The notes beneath the pieces were generated by a model. The model saw only the letters and a list, made by a program, of their open reading frames with translations, had not been told where the DNA came from and made no database searches. The translations under genes were made by a program, and so were the position numbers. Below are positions 24,105 to 39,312 of a stretch of 64,000 nt of DNA, one piece after another. Every line of letters begins with the position of its first letter. Position 1 is the stretch's first letter. The stretch is from Octopus sinensis (Eukaryota), in the NCBI RefSeq assembly GCF_006345805.1, contig NC_043002.1, forward strand, positions 66,712,001 through 66,776,000, written 5' to 3'.

Positions 24105-24708
24105 TTATTTCTTTTATTGCCCATAAGGGGCTAAACATAGAGGGAACAAACAAGGACAGACCAAGGGATTAAGTCGATTACATCGACCCCAGTGCGTAAC
24201 TGGTACTTAATTTATCGACCCCGAAAGGATGAAAGGCAAAGTCAACCTCGGCAGAATTTGAACTCAGAACGTAACGGCAGACGAAAAACCTATATCTTTA
24301 CTACCCACAAGGGGCTAAACACAGAGGGGACAGACAAGGACAGACAAACGGATTAAGTCGATCATATCAACCTCAGTGCGTAACTGGTACTTATTTATCG
24401 ACCCCGAAAGCAGGAAAGGCAAAGTCAACCTCGGCGGAATTTGAACTCAGAACGTAGCGGCAGACGAAATACCTATTTCTTTACTACCCACAAGGGGCTA
24501 AACACAGAGAGAACAAACAATGACAGACAATCAGATTAAGTCGATTACATCGAGCCCAGTGCGTAACTGGTACTTATTTATTCGACCCCGAAAGGATGAA
24601 TGGCAAAGTCGACCTCGGCGGAATTTGAACTCAGAACGTAATGACAGACGAAATACTGTTAAGCATTTCGCTCGGTGTGCTAATGTTTCTGCCAGCTCGC
24701 TGCTTTAA
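24105..24708 (-). mobile_element. SINE family B, internally multimeric
   Basis: Three successive copies of the ~183-bp unit plus a single head at 24640-24708. Confidence 0.85.
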
Positions 24709-27700
24709 TTTATTCATGCTTGTGCGGACGTTTGTACAATGACTTTGCACGAGTATAAGAAATAGTATTCCATGTAGTATGCGTATCAAGCATGTGGATA
24801 CGTATGATGTGTACACAACCTGAAAATATATCGGCATAATTTGTGAGCTTTCGTACAAGCTCGCAAATAGAAAATTCCTGAGTTTGAGTTCATGGGCACA
24901 CGTGACTTTGCGTTCTCCACGAACTCTGCACCGGTTAGTAAAGAGAATAGGTCACTGCAGAGTTTATACTGTGGCAACTTTAGTTCCAAATGCGATGGGC
25001 AACATGACTGTGTTGAAGCTTCGTTTGTCCTTAGTATGAACACAAGATGGTTTCTGTTAGTCGGAGAGGAATAACGGTTTAATTTAGCACTGTCCTGAAC
25101 GACGTGTCGAAATCATCGATAAAAATGATAATTGGATTGACACTTAATAGCTAATTGGCTGAAAGACGACCGCATTCATTTCTACTCTATATTACATCAG
25201 TAATTCTAAGTTACCACGGCTTATAATCCTTCATATTTTAACTAGTCTTTAAGTCAGACAACCAATGGTAACAATGACTTCAAATGTTGGCTCAAAGCCA
25301 GCAGTTTGAGGGGAAAAGGATAGTCAATTAAATCGTTCTCAGTATTTAACTGGTTCTTTAAAGAAGAAAAGCAAAATCGACATCCGTAGGATTTGATCTC
25401 AGAACATAGAGCCAGAACAAAAGCCGCTAAGCATTTTATACGGTGTGCTAACAATTCAACCAGCTCAACGACTTAAGCACGCGTGACAATAGCAGCAAGT
25501 AAACTAAGCGAAAACAGTCTCGTCTGTAATCAATCTGAACGTCAGGAATTCGATGTCACCTGCACGTCACAAAAATACTGCCATGAGATATAGTTGTACA
25601 TTTTTTAAAGATGAAGGACATCAGGACATCACCCCCAAATGTTAAATCTTCATTCTCCTCAAGAAACGCTTGCAAAATTTCCCGTATTATATTTTTATTT
25701 GATTATTTTTATGTCAGGGTGCTATTCTACTTTAGTATCCATATGAAATGTATATTCATAGAGTAACGGGTCGGTAGAATTTTCAGAGTAGTTGTTTGAA
25801 AAACTAACAGTACTTAGATTAGGCCATCTATTTCCATCGGTTTAACTCTGCTCAGTTTTGCTTTAACTTCTTATTTCTTTATTGCCCACAAGGGGCTAAA
25901 CATAGAGAGGACACACAAGGGCAAACAAAGGGATTAAGTCGATTACATCGACCCCACCCCGAAAGGATGAAAGGCAAGATCGACCTCGCGGAATTTGAAC
26001 TCAGAACGTAACGACAGACGAAATGCAACTAAGCATTTCGCCCGGCGTGCTAACGTTTCTGCTAGCTCACAGCCTTCACTATTACTTTAATTTCTATCCT
26101 TCCGATCGGAGTATAGTTAAACGGACACGAACGGCAATCTCAATGAATTAGGAATCGAACAATCAATTGAGAGAGCAGAGATTCGTAATTTAAAGATGTA
26201 TTCTTCTCAGTTAGGCTCATAAGAATATTGCAGGCAACAAAGCACAGAAAAACCCGGGGCATAGCGTCCACGACACCATTTTAATCACTGCTTGAAATCA
26301 CTTCCTTTCATTTAATTTATTCCACTGATACTCTTAGAACAGAACATCACAACTTTGCATTTCGCTGCCTTCTCTGGTATGTAAAATCATGTCAAAAGAA
26401 ACCAAATACATTGTGATCCCATAGCTTGCAGTAGAAAACTATATACTACATAGTAATGATGACAAAACGCATGAGAATTAAATATCATTGCTTGTCTAAT
26501 TTCCGAATACGAAAATCACCATCACGTTTTGTTGATATCCTAACGCTCTGTTTCCTCAACTAACGATCACTTCGCAATGATGAATAAAATAAGACATTTG
26601 TGTCATTTATCTCACTAAAACATCATGTTAGTTTAAACATGATAATCTTGAAACCTGAAACAAGTCCAAAAAATAATTACGTTTCGGACAGTGACCATGC
26701 CGGAAAACAGAACTGATGTTTTAGATTATTAGATCAACTTAAATTATAGAAAACACTAATGAGTTCTAAATTGTCTTGCGGTTACGTGTATGTGAAACCA
26801 TCCTTTAAGGTTCTTCAAATTTTCGTGTTCGTTATCAGGGCAATATCCAAAAATATTTTGGCTTCTCCTCTTTATTTGTTTATATTGAAAGAGATCCGGT
26901 TTAAAGGTTACTGATTGGTTGGGTCGATAAAGGGAACCGGAACTGGCTATTGTTTCTTATCACAGCGTATAGAGAAATAACTGAGTAAAACAAACTTCTA
27001 ATGAATAGATTACGAGGAAATATTCGTCACTGACTAATTGACAACAGAAAGTATGCAAATTTGTCTGAGATAATTACTGGCCTGAGTTCATACTTTGATG
27101 GGTAACTAAATCTGATAAAGAAGCATTTTTAACAAAGAATATTGAGTGAGTGAGTGAGAGAGAGGAGAGAGAGAGAGAAAGAAAGAGAGACATTATTTGC
27201 ATATATAAGATAAATTATCTCTTTAACATGTGCGTATTAATCACAGCTACTAGTGTAAATTCATAAAGATAAAGGACTTCGGGAGTCAAATAACGTCCAT
27301 GTTAGCCCCGGATTCAGTAAGAAGAATATAAGGGAAGATTGAACTCATTCTAGATAGGGTGTTTGTCTTTTATGACATACATACATACATACATACATAC
27401 ATACATACATACATACCCTTCACAAATATTTAGTAATATACCAAGTAATATACGCCTTCCCCTTAGCTTAGTAAAACGTCTAGAGTTAAGTCTCTCGCTG
27501 AAAAACGTAACGAAATGGTTGCATACGAGAACATACGAACTCGCAACGTTGTCATTTCGGCTATTTCAGCCAAAAACGCCATGAAACAGATTATCCGAGA
27601 GAATAATCCCAGAATACTGGTGTCGCTTCTTATCCCTATCTATCAGTACCTCTCTCCCCTCCCCCTCGCTCTTCTCTTTTTTTATGAATCGGTTACGATT

Positions 27701-29025
27701 GAGAGAGATTGAGAAAAAAACAAACAAACAGACGGACAGCCATACGAGCGGTCCCCAGTACTTGACTAGCATTTTATTGAACCCGGATACATGAAAGGTA
27801 AAGTTGACAACCCGGACGGAATTTGAAGCACAGATAGACAGAACAAATACCGTATGGTATTCTGTCTGCCGCTTAACGACAGCCAATTCGCCGCCTGTGG
27901 ACGGCAATTGAATTAATTTATCAAAGACTTCTTGTAAATTTCATTCATAGACAACCGATGCTATTTCGACTGAACGTGGAGTTTTTTTTCTCAATAAAAC
28001 ATAAACACCAGAAACTTCTGTAAAATCATTTAGAATGTCAAATTAATAACAGCATGAAAAATCACCACTTGCTGGTTTAGAATCGAGAAATACTTCCTCG
28101 GCGGTGACATAGATTTTTATCCTTTTATGACGTAACACTTATAACCATTGTAGGAGTGTGTGGTAGACAGCAATGTCAATATTGTTTGCGTTTATTAATC
28201 ATTTACTGACACTCCTGATACGGATAAATGAGTAACTCCAGAATATTCTTTTAAAACTTCTACTGCTTTCATAAATACACGAAATATTTTAGAGCATTTT
28301 ATTTTGTTTATCGATTTATCTTTTTATCTGTTTACCAAATAAGGTTATATTACAAAGCTAAAACAACTCCACACTACGGAAATACATTTGTTTGTTTGGA
28401 TTCATCGTTGTGGTATTTAGCTACATTCCTTTACGTTCTGAGTTCAAATTCCTCCGAAACCAACCTTGCTTTTCCTCTTTTCGATAAAATAAAACACTAG
28501 TCGAGCACTGGAGTCGATATGATCGATTATTCCCCCTCCCACAAAATTTCTGACCTTGTGCTTGTAGTAGAAAGAAAGATAAGAAAGCGCTTGTTATCAG
28601 ATTTAGGAGGGCGATAGAGAAAGGCTTGTGGCATTTAGTGGCATTCCTTTACGTTCTGAGTTCAAATCTCACGTTCAGTCATTCATTCATTCATTCATTC
28701 GTTGATCTGTAGTTAATTGATCAAATATGTATCGATCGCGGAAAAGATAAACGGACCCCCAGCTGCTTTCGGCGATGAGTGTTTCAATTATTCAATAAAC
28801 CTAACGGCCGACTCATTGAATTAGCGTGTCAGTGGTTGAATAATCCTCTGACACGTGTACTCTTAATGTAATCCCTAAGCTGACTCTGTAAGATGCGGTG
28901 CGTATGGCAAGGATCACTCGTATAGGAACAATTAGCATAGAGCCTCATGAGTGCAAACCATTTGGCCATTCCAGGGCTAATAAAGTTCATTAATGGATAT
29001 CGTGAGTGTGTGTATGTGTGTGTGT

Positions 29026-29058
<33 letters not shown>

Positions 29059-29112
29059 TGTATAATGAACATATAATATATATGTATATATGAATGAATA
29101 TGTATATAAATT

Positions 29113-29148
<36 letters not shown>

Positions 29149-29333
29149 CACATATATACATATATATAATGTGTGTGTGTCTATGTGTACATACATATTC
29201 ACAAACACGCATATATATATATATATATATATTACATATGATATGTATATATACATATGTATGTGTGTGAGTGAGTGCGTGTGTGTATGTATAAATATAT
29301 ATATGTATGTCTTTAGCGCTATCTATATCTATA

Positions 29334-29380
<47 letters not shown>

Positions 29381-29411
29381 GTCTGTCTGTCTCTGTCTCT
29401 GCACCCCTTTC

Positions 29412-29459
<48 letters not shown>

Positions 29460-29498
29460 CACACACTCACAGACAGGCAGACAGACAGACAGACAGAC

Positions 29499-29573
<75 letters not shown>

Positions 29574-30040
29574 GCATACAAGTATAATTTGCTGCATATA
29601 TATATATAAGCTTAATTAACAATATTTACCTCATATCCCTTCATATATTGAACCGACGCATTGAAAATACGATATTTTTTTTTCATCAGAACTTAAACAA
29701 AAAGTATTGTTCTTTGTAAATTGTCTGAATTATGTTACACTTCAGCCATATTTTCACTTCTGGCGTCTCAATGGAGACGAGTGTATCTCTTATCTAGGTA
29801 TTTATCTTTCGTTTGGTGTGTTTTTGTTGTTGTTGTATATACATGCTTTATCATTTAACCAATTTAAACCAGTTGTTCTCAGCCACTTTGTTTCTTATTT
29901 CACAATACTGGACCTCTGTAACCGTTTGTTGTATATATAAAAAAAAGTCGCATGGTATTTTTATAATTAATTATAAAGGATTGTATTTGAAAAGTTGATA
30001 AAATTTGGATATTGTACAAATATGACTGATTTATTCACTT

Positions 30041-30437
30041 TACTCTTTTACTTGTTTCAGTCATCTAACTGCGGCCATGCTGAAGCACCGCCTTTAGTCG
30101 AGAAAATCGAACCCACGACTTATTCTTTGTAAGCCTAGTACTTATTCTATCGGTTTCTTTTGTCGAACCGCTAAGTTACAGGGACGTAAACATACCAGCA
30201 TCGGTTGTCAAGCGACGTTGGGGGACAAACACAGACGCACAAACACACATAGACACACATATATATATACATATATACGACGGCCTTCTTTCAGTTTCCG
30301 TCTACCAATTCCACTCAAGGCTTTGGTCGGCCCGAGGCTATAGTAGAAGACACTTGCCCAAGGTGCCACGCAGTGGACTAAACCCGGAACCATGTGATTG
30401 GTAAGCAAGCTACTTACCACACAGCCACTCCTACGCC
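30041..30437 (-). mobile_element. SINE family A, near full length
   Basis: Complete head, short internal microsatellite and AGT-rich tail. Confidence 0.85.
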
Positions 30438-30976
30438 TAATAATAATGAAAATAAAGTTTTCCTACGTATGGAGACTTTTGAATCACCCTGTTTTATAAG
30501 ACAAACTAACAATCGTTAGCATGCCGGACGAAATCCCAAAAGCATTTCGTTCCTCTTTATATTCTAAGTTCGAAATTCACTGAGATTGACCTTGCCTTTT
30601 ATACTTTCGGAGTCGATAAAATAAGTACCAGTCAAGCACTGGGGTTGATGTAATCGGCTTATCTCCTTCTCCATAATGCTGCCCTTACGGAAAAACTTGA
30701 AACCAATACTCTTTCTATAATTGGTAAAGGCCTGAAATTTTAAGGAAGGTAGCTAATCGATTAGTGCTCAGCTGGTACTCATTTTATCGATCCCTGAAAG
30801 GATTAAAAGCGAAGTTGACCTCGGCATGATTTGAACTCAGCCCGTAAAACATCAGAAGAAATTGGCTGCTAAGCAAATCGTCCGGCGTGGTAACGTTTCT
30901 GCTACGCCGCCGCCTTTACTCCTTAATATGAACGCAGGCAGTAATAGATAGTGATCATACGTGTGTATGTATGTGT

Positions 30977-31027
<51 letters not shown>

Positions 31028-31509
31028 CATACACATACATTTGTATATGTATTTGCGTATAAACTTTATCATCGGTAATTCTGACTAGAAGAAAAATGTT
31101 TAACCAGAAAGACATTATCTAGAACGTCTTGTTTATGCCATTAACCTCGGCCTAACGACAACAACAGCGACAACAACACCATCGTTATCATCATCAACAA
31201 TTTCTGCAATAACTACTGGAATCAGTAAACAGATCTGATTATCTTCAAGAATGTTGTTGAAGTAACCACCAGCTATACATTTTCTATGGAGACTAATCAA
31301 GTAACTATTGGTATTTTGTGGGAGATTTTCTTTCTTTCTTCATGAAAGTAATTTGATTCTGGAATAGGAAATAACCAGAATTTTTGCGTATTTCGTAAGT
31401 CGAAAATGGCCCCCGACAAATACACGAATTTTCGACGACACAGTTTATTTTACGTAAAAAAAAAACGAAGAAACAAAACATTAGTGGAGGTTTGGTTCTA
31501 TATTGGTAA

Positions 31510-31699
31510 AAAGGTCGTTTTGCAAATATGAGGTTTCGGGTTCCGTCAGACTGTGCGACACCTTAGCTATCTTCTACTAAAGCCAGGGCTGACAAATGCC
31601 TTGTGAGTGAATTTGGTAAACAGAAACTGTGTGGAAGCCCGTCATATATACATATATACATACATACATGTGTTTATACACACACACACACACATACAT

Positions 31700-31789
<90 letters not shown>

Positions 31790-32300
31790 ATACATATGCA
31801 CGCACACATACATATACATAACCTATACATACGCGCTTATATATGTATATATATATACCTACATATAAATAATATATATATATATATATACAATTCATAT
31901 AAAAATACAGTGTACTCTTAAACACATAAGAGATGGCCATAACATTAATAATGCATATATATATGCCTACATATATGTGTGTGCAATTGTGTGTATACAT
32001 GTATATCTGTATGTGCGTATGTATGTGTGTGTGTGTGTATGTATGTATGTGTGTATGTGTGTATGTATGTATGTATGTATGTATGTATGTATGTATGTAT
32101 GTATGTATGTATGAACTGTGTGTGTCTTCGTGTTCGTTCCCCGCCAACGTCTGGTCTGTTTATGTGCCCCGTAACCTAGCGGTTCGGCAAAAGAACTACT
32201 AGAATAAGTACCACACTTTAAAATTAAGATTGATTTTTTCCGAGTAAACACATCAAAGCAGTGCCCCAGCTTGGCCGCAATTCAATAACAGAAACAAACG
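31510..32300 (+). mobile_element. SINE family A with greatly expanded internal microsatellite
   Basis: Head remnant at 31510-31645, ~480 bp of TA/CA/TATG repeats, body at 32115-32300. Confidence 0.7.
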
Positions 32301-32504
32301 AGCAAAAACAAGTAGAACTAACCAAAATGAAAGCGGATGCAAACATGTTCAAGCATCTTAATTCGGTAAATTTCTGTAAACACCCAGGAATAAAGATGAA
32401 TAGAAATAGCTCGTGCTTCGGGCCGAGGGATTCATTTGTTAAACTCAGCAATTACGTCTAATGCCAATCCCTTTGCCGTTTATCTCGTAGTATGTATTTG
32501 GCGC

Positions 32505-33050
32505 ACAGGTGGCGACGTGGTAAAAACGTTAGCACGCCGTGCGAAATGCTTAGCAGTATTTCGTCTGCGATTACGTTCTGAGTTCAAATTCCGTCGAGGT
32601 TGACTTTGCTTTTCATCCTTTCGGGGTCGATTAAATAAGTAACAGTTACGCACTGGGGTCGATATAATCTACTTAATCCGTTTGTCTGTCCTTGTTTGTC
32701 CACTCTGTGTTTAGCCCCTTGTGGGTGGTAAACAAATAGGTATTTCGTCTGCCGCTATGTTCTGAGTTCAAATTCCGTCGAAGTCGACTTTGCCTTTCAT
32801 CCTTTCGGTGTCGAAAAAGTAAGTACCAGTTACGCACTGGAGTCGATATAATCATATATTTTGCCATTTACCTCTTTGCTTCGATACAAAAATATACAGC
32901 AATATATTTATGCAGTTCCGCCGAGATCGACTTTACCTTTCATCCTTTCGGGGTCGATAACTTAAGTACCAGTTGCGTACTGGGGTTGATCTAATCGACT
33001 GCTCCCCCCCCCTCCATAAAAATCTTGGGCCTTGTGCCTAGAGTAGAAAA
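32505..33050 (+). mobile_element. SINE family B, multimeric
   Basis: Head then repeated GTTCTGAGTTCAAATTCCGTCGA..GACTTTGC units. Confidence 0.8.
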
Positions 33051-33089
33051 GAATGTATTTACGCGATATTCCATAGATATTTCATAAAA

Positions 33090-33790
33090 TAAATACCACG
33101 TTGAAATATGACAGGCAATATTCTTCAATGAGCTGTCCCAATATGTAATAGCTGCATGAGGACTTGTGCTGTAAGAGCGTGTCACTGCATTCATCATTTG
33201 TTGGTGACACCCACATCCTGGCGCATGATGCCTTCGCACCACTCAGGCGAAAACCCTTCAACCCATGGGCTTGTTTTGGGCGTGCGCGGACAGAATGCCG
33301 AATGCTCTTTTGCCGAAGGACAAGAAGCCGAAGCCAAGAAGCCGAACGGACACAATGCCGAACGGACATAAAGGTGAACGGTCACAATAATGATTTTTAA
33401 AAAAAACTCCCATTCCTACCTACATAGTCTAATTACCAATTCACTAATTTGGTACTTAAGATTTAACGAGATTAAATTTATTTTTTGCATGCCATTTCGG
33501 CATCTTGTCCGTTCGGCATTGTGTCCGTTCGGCTTCTTGGCTTCGTTTTCTTGTCCTTCGGCAAAAGTGCATTCGGCATCCCGCCCGTGTACTGTTTTGG
33601 GTAGTCGTTGCTGGTGATGATTTTAAGAGGTCGGAGTGCAAATCCTATCTCAAATTCTTTTGGTTGCCGTTTACGACACGCAGGCGAAACGTTGGGTTTA
33701 TTCTTTGAATTGCCGGTCCCTATACAGCACGGCCCAATATGGCCGCACTCTAATGAATGAAACCAGTGCAAATACTTTTTAATGCCTCGT
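33090..33790 (-). pseudogene. Possible degenerate Mutator-type (MULE) transposase fragment, split by a MITE
   Basis: After removing the MITE and one TSD the minus strand reads NHHQQRLPKTSPWVEGF, resembling the MULE motif WNHH..LPRTNNxxEGWH; multiple stops. Confidence 0.35.
33281..33592. mobile_element. Mutator-like MITE with ~90-bp TIRs and 9-bp TSD
   Basis: TIRs rich in GCCGAA subrepeats; TSD TGTTTTGGG at 33272-33280 and 33593-33601. Confidence 0.75.
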
Positions 33791-34486
33791 CATCAGCTTT
33801 TACTACTTGTAAAAAAACATTAAAGAGTTCTAGTAAACAGGTGGAGACCATCTGCGACTACCATTCTCCTCACCAAAGTACTAGAGCATGACACAAAAAA
33901 TAAAGTTTCAAGCTTGCACAGTATCATTCTTGCAAAGACTTTAGAGAGAGATAGCGTCTTATATTCAACATTTCAAGCGAGTACATTTGCGAGTCACCAG
34001 TTATACACCAGTTCCTTCCTTCTTTCTTTCTCTTTTCTTTTCTTTATTTATTTCATGAAAGTAAATTGTATTCACAAATTTTTGTGAATTGCTAGCAAAA
34101 AAAAAAAAGTGCCAAAAAGATAACTTTATTTTCTATTTTATTTCATTTTATTTTTATTTTTTAACCTTTTGCTTTTTTTGTTTTGCGATTGTACCACTTA
34201 ACGATATACACCTGAAAACCACATGCATGCTCTCTCTCTCACTCTCTCTTTATCCTTCTCTTACTTGCTCTCACATACACTTTCACACACAAACATTACT
34301 CTTTTTTTTCTCTCTATGACACATATATACATACACATACGTAAGTTTGTGTGTGTGTTTTCACGTGCGTGTATTGTGTATAGATATATATATACACCAC
34401 ACATGCACACGCATTATATGTGTGTATCTATACATATGTCTATATATACATACATGCATATATCTACATACGTTACTATCTATCTA

Positions 34487-34547
<61 letters not shown>

Positions 34548-35149
34548 AGTATTGAATAGACAGAACACAACAAGGAGAAAAAGTTAGACGGAAGCAGAGC
34601 AGGCGGGAAACTAGATGAAAACTTAACGGACGGGTAATATAGACAAAGACACACACGATACACGGAACGTCAATGAATCAAAATATCATTATAGTTTCGC
34701 TCCGTTATCATTGAGACCACTCAATCTTATAGGTGCCAGTGCTGTTATTAAGCTACCGGGGGAAAAGCTAGCGAATGTATAGTGAGACAGAAACAAAAAT
34801 GACAATACATAAATACAACAGACGAAGAATTATGCATATATAACAACGCGAAGCCTTACGGCTATATACAACAGAAGAGAAAAATTATAATGATTATACA
34901 AATACCACAAGTACAACAGAAAGAGCCTTGCAGCTATCAAACGAACTAAGTGGGGTAGTGCAGGGTGAAATGGAGTAGGCCCTAATGGACATATATAAAT
35001 ATATCCATATATATATATATATATATATAAGCATATACATGTTTGTGTGTATGCATATATATGTATGTGTGTGTTGTGTGCGTATGGGTGTATTTGCAGG
35101 CTCTGTGTGTGTGTGTCGAGTATTTTCACTCAATTGATAATAATTTCTA

Positions 35150-35480
35150 CTATAGGCACAAGGCCTGAAATTTTGGGGGAGGGGGTAAGTCGACCTCAGC
35201 ATTTGACTGGTATTTAATTTATCGATCCCGAAACGATGAAAGGCAAAGTTGACCTCGGCGGAATTTGAACTCAGAACGCAGAGTCGGGCGAAATACAGCT
35301 AAGCATTTTACCAGGCGTGCAAACGATTCTTATTTCTTTACTGCTCACAAGGGGCTACACACAGAGGGGACATACAAGGACAGACAAACGGATTAAGTCG
35401 ATTATATCGACCCCAGTGCGTAAATGGTACTTATTTAATCGACTCCGAAAGGATGAAAGGCAAAGTTGACCTCGGCGGAA
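35150..35480 (-). mobile_element. SINE family B copies
   Basis: Two successive matches to the family B consensus. Confidence 0.75.
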
Positions 35481-35502
35481 TAAGAAATAAGAAATAAGAA
35501 AG

Positions 35503-35665
35503 CTGTGGCGAAAGAGTGAGCAGAAGTTCGCCATTACCTTCTGCTGGAGCTGCGTGGAGCTTAGGTATTTCGCTTATAAACACATACATCGCCCGGTCTG
35601 AGATTCGAACCCACGATCCCTCAACCGTGAGTCCGCTGCTCAGACCACTTGGCCATGTGCCTCTA
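35503..35665 (-). mobile_element. Third tRNA-derived SINE family
   Basis: Reverse complement AGAGGCACATGGCCAAGTGGTCTGAGCAGCGGACTCACGGTTGAGGGATCGTGGGTTCGAATCTCAGACC has A and B boxes, then a unique body and TTCTTA-type tail repeats. Confidence 0.7.
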
Positions 35666-36137
35666 CATCACTCTTAGTAAAACGCAAAACTTAACTGTGT
35701 ATGTATGTATATGTGCACCTGTGTTTGTACGACTATACGCATGCATATACACATTCATTCATATGTAGCATATCTCTTGCTCTCCTCTTTCTGTCTGCAA
35801 AAGCGAGAAGCATTATCTTAGTCGTAATGAGAAGCAGAATAATGTTTATGTCTACAGCTATTTCACTTATCTTTTATTCCGATATTTACTTAAACGATAT
35901 ATTATTATTGTTGCTGCTGCTGTTGTTGTTGTTGGTTTTGTTATTGTTATCATCGTTATCAGCTTCATCATCATCGTTATCAACATCATCAACATCATCA
36001 TCATCGTCGTCATCGTCGTCGTTGTCGTCATGCTGAGGTCGACTTTGCTTTTCGTCCATTTGAAATCGATGAAATAAAGACCCCCCCACCTTTCCCCTCA
36101 AAACTGCTGACCTTGTGCTTAAACGAGAAACCTTTGT

Positions 36138-36181
<44 letters not shown>

Positions 36182-36269
36182 GAACAAAGCGACGAATGAA
36201 ACGGAAGAGTAGCAGACAAAATATTTCATGGTATTTCCATTCGTTTCTTTGCATTCAGAGTTAATAAAA

Positions 36270-36650
36270 ATCAAGGACGACTTTGTCTTCCGTCTTTCTT
36301 TGCCTTTCATCCTTTCGGAGTCGATAAGCTAAGTACCAGTTGCGTATTGGGGTCGATTTAATCGACTGGCTCCACTCCCCCAAAATTTCGGGCCTTGTGC
36401 CTAGAATAGAAAAGAATATTGAAACACTCATAAGGCGGCTAGCTGGCAGAAACGTTAGCACGCCGGGTGAAATACTTAGCGGTATTTACGTCTGTCTTTA
36501 CGTTCTGAGTTCAAATTCTGCCGAGGTGGACTTTGGCTTTCATTTTTTCGGGGTCGATAAATTATGTACCAATTGCATACTGGGTTCGATGTAATCGACT
36601 TAACCCCTCCCCCGAAATTGCTGGCTTTGTACCAACATTTGAAACCAGTA
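36270..36650 (+). mobile_element. SINE family B copies
   Basis: Match to the family B consensus with CCCCCAAAATTTCGGGCCTTGTGCC tail. Confidence 0.75.
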
Positions 36651-38699
36651 TGCATGTTGTATGTGATTGATTCTATCAACTAAGCATTCGTCAATACACA
36701 GAACCGTTACGAATTTGTAGTTTAGAGTAGAAATTATTTTACGCATCATAAAGTATCGGTGAACCTGGCTCGCAATTCAGTTCATTTTAGTTGTTGAAAT
36801 AATTTCTCTATTATTAAAAATGAAAGGAATAAATGTCAGTCAAACTCCTGACAACGTATTATAAATAGTTTTTTTTTTCATTTATTGAGTTGTAGAATTA
36901 AAATGTTGCCCGGTTTAACAACACTGCCTGAATCTTAGGTGTCTTCAGCAGAGTCCAGTTTGTTACTAGCTTTCAGATTAGGTCTTCGGTCTGAGAATAT
37001 AATCTTCTCTTCTCATCTGTTTCTTGAATGCTCTTTTTCTGCTAGCTAGTTCAGTTCAGATCAGATGTGGAGGTATGTACTATTGCAGTGCGATACTGCA
37101 TTCACCATTTGTCAGTATATTCCTTGGTCCTCCCGAGCAACCTATCAAGCACAGTCCCAATCAGTTTCCATCTCAATGAGATCCCTCCTCATCTGCCTTT
37201 ACCGTTTGACAGGGAACAGCATGATCAACGAAAACTTTACTTCGACGCGTTTCTCTTGTTTCTATATATATTGCTTTTAAATATTGGCACAAAGCCAGCA
37301 TTTTCGGGGAAGGGCCTTAAGTCAATTATATCAACCCCAGTGCTTAGCTGGTACTTATTTTATCGACCCTGAAAGAGATGAAAGGGAAGTGGACCTCGAT
37401 GGAATTTGAACTCAAAACGTAAAGACGGACGAAAAGTTGCAAGCAATTTCCTCAGCGATTCTGCCAGCTCGCCACTTTCATTTCGATGCACATTAACAAG
37501 TGAACTTAGACACGTGATAACGTTGCGTTTATGTAGCTAATGTCTAACTGCTTCTTCTCACAACCATCGGAGCGTGAAGCGCGCTTCACGAGCACACGTT
37601 CGTGAGATGGTTATGATATATAAACAGTTTTGAATAGGTACCAGAAAACGAAGTATGAATACGCATGCGCATGTGTACACTGAATTCGTAAAACGGAAGA
37701 GAAGACTAAAAAAGCAATGCACATGTCAAAGTAAAACGGAAGATGAAAATAAACCAAGTTATATGATGGTCTGCATGCTACTTCTGACACCACTACCACG
37801 CAGCTTTACTGCAATTTTCTTGTTATGAGTATGTTTTCTTAGTTACCATCATGGATTGGACCGTTGCACACCGTACATTTGTCAATCTGTAAACTGTGGA
37901 AGATCTTTTTTTTACTGCACCCTGTATAAGGAAAAGTCTAAAGACTAAAGACATTGAAACCAACTAAAGTAGTGCCTCCACCAGTGTGTTGCGCACATAA
38001 ATATTAGTCATGTGATGGTTCCAATCAAAAGAAAGAATAGTTCTTGGGAAATAATCAGTGGACATATGCCAAAGAAAGAAACCATTGTCTATAGTGTAGC
38101 GCAAGTATTAATCCTGCTACCATTCCTTTTATTGGCGTTCATTATATAATGAGAAAAGAATGAAATCCTTGACCCCCATAGCTTTAAGCGGATATTGCTT
38201 TAGCCTCTTATTTTAGAACAAGGCTAAATATATAATCTTATATAGAATTAATCCTTTTGACTTGAAATAGCGGTTCCTGAATGGGAAAAAAGCAATTTCT
38301 CTTGCCAAATGATGGTGACATTATACAAGAAATTTAAACCAATGATGATGATGATGATGATGATAATGTCGACGGCGATGATGATAAATTAATAATAAAA
38401 GAAAGAAGACAATTATTTTCTTAAGGAGAAATAAAACCAGTTGAAGATAAAAAATGAAGATATCAAAAATTTGTTCGCCTTTTGAATGAGAAGAACAGGA
38501 AGTAGTGATGGACAGGTTCCTGTTGAAGTAGAAAAAAGTTTCTGTTTCTTTCGTCAATGTTTATAAATTAAGCATCGTTAGTTATAATTGATTCCTAATG
38601 ACTACAAACACGATTGATGTTTGCAGACGAAGTTGTATGAAATTTTAAAACTTACACGAGTATATTACTGGTATTTGTTTTTACTGAGTCTCATAAATA

Positions 38700-39312
38700 T
38701 TTGTTTCAAGTTTTGGCTCAAGACCAACAATATTAAGGTGAGGTGCGAGTCGATTACATCAACCCCAGTGCTTGACTGATACTTATTTGATAGACCCCGA
38801 GAGGAGAAAATGCAAAATCGACCTCGACGGCATTTGAACTTAGAAAATAAAGAACCGGAAGAAATGCCGCTATGCATTTTGTCCGACACGCTAACAGTTC
38901 TGCCAGCTCGCCAGGATCGATGTAAATATTCTTTTCTTCTCTAGGCACAAGGGTCGAAGTTTGCTAGGAGGGGGCCAGTCGATTAGATCGACCCGAGTAC
39001 GGAACTGATACTTAATTTATCGAAAGGTAAAGTCGACCTCTGCAGAATTTGAAATCAGAACGTAAAAACAGACAAAATACCTATTTCTTTACTACTCACA
39101 AGAGGCTAAACACAGAAAGGACAAACAAGGACAGACAAACGGATTAAGTCCTTTACATCGACCCCAGTGCGTAACTGGTACTTATTTAATCGACCCGGAA
39201 AGGATGAAAGGCAAAGTCGACCTCGGCGGAATTGGAACTTAGAACGTAACGGCAGACGAAATACGGCTACGCATTTCGCCCGGCGTGCTAACGTTTCTGC
39301 CAGCTCGCCGCC
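38700..39312 (-). mobile_element. SINE family B cluster
   Basis: Three consecutive reverse-strand matches. Confidence 0.75.

Noticed and set aside
35590-35665. Functional tRNA gene
   Set aside because: A and B boxes are present but the acceptor stem does not close and the sequence continues into a SINE-like body and tail
36905-36955. CTGAAGA-CAC..GTG motif on the minus strand
   Set aside because: No GAAA box at the required position and no stem III or cleavage triplet
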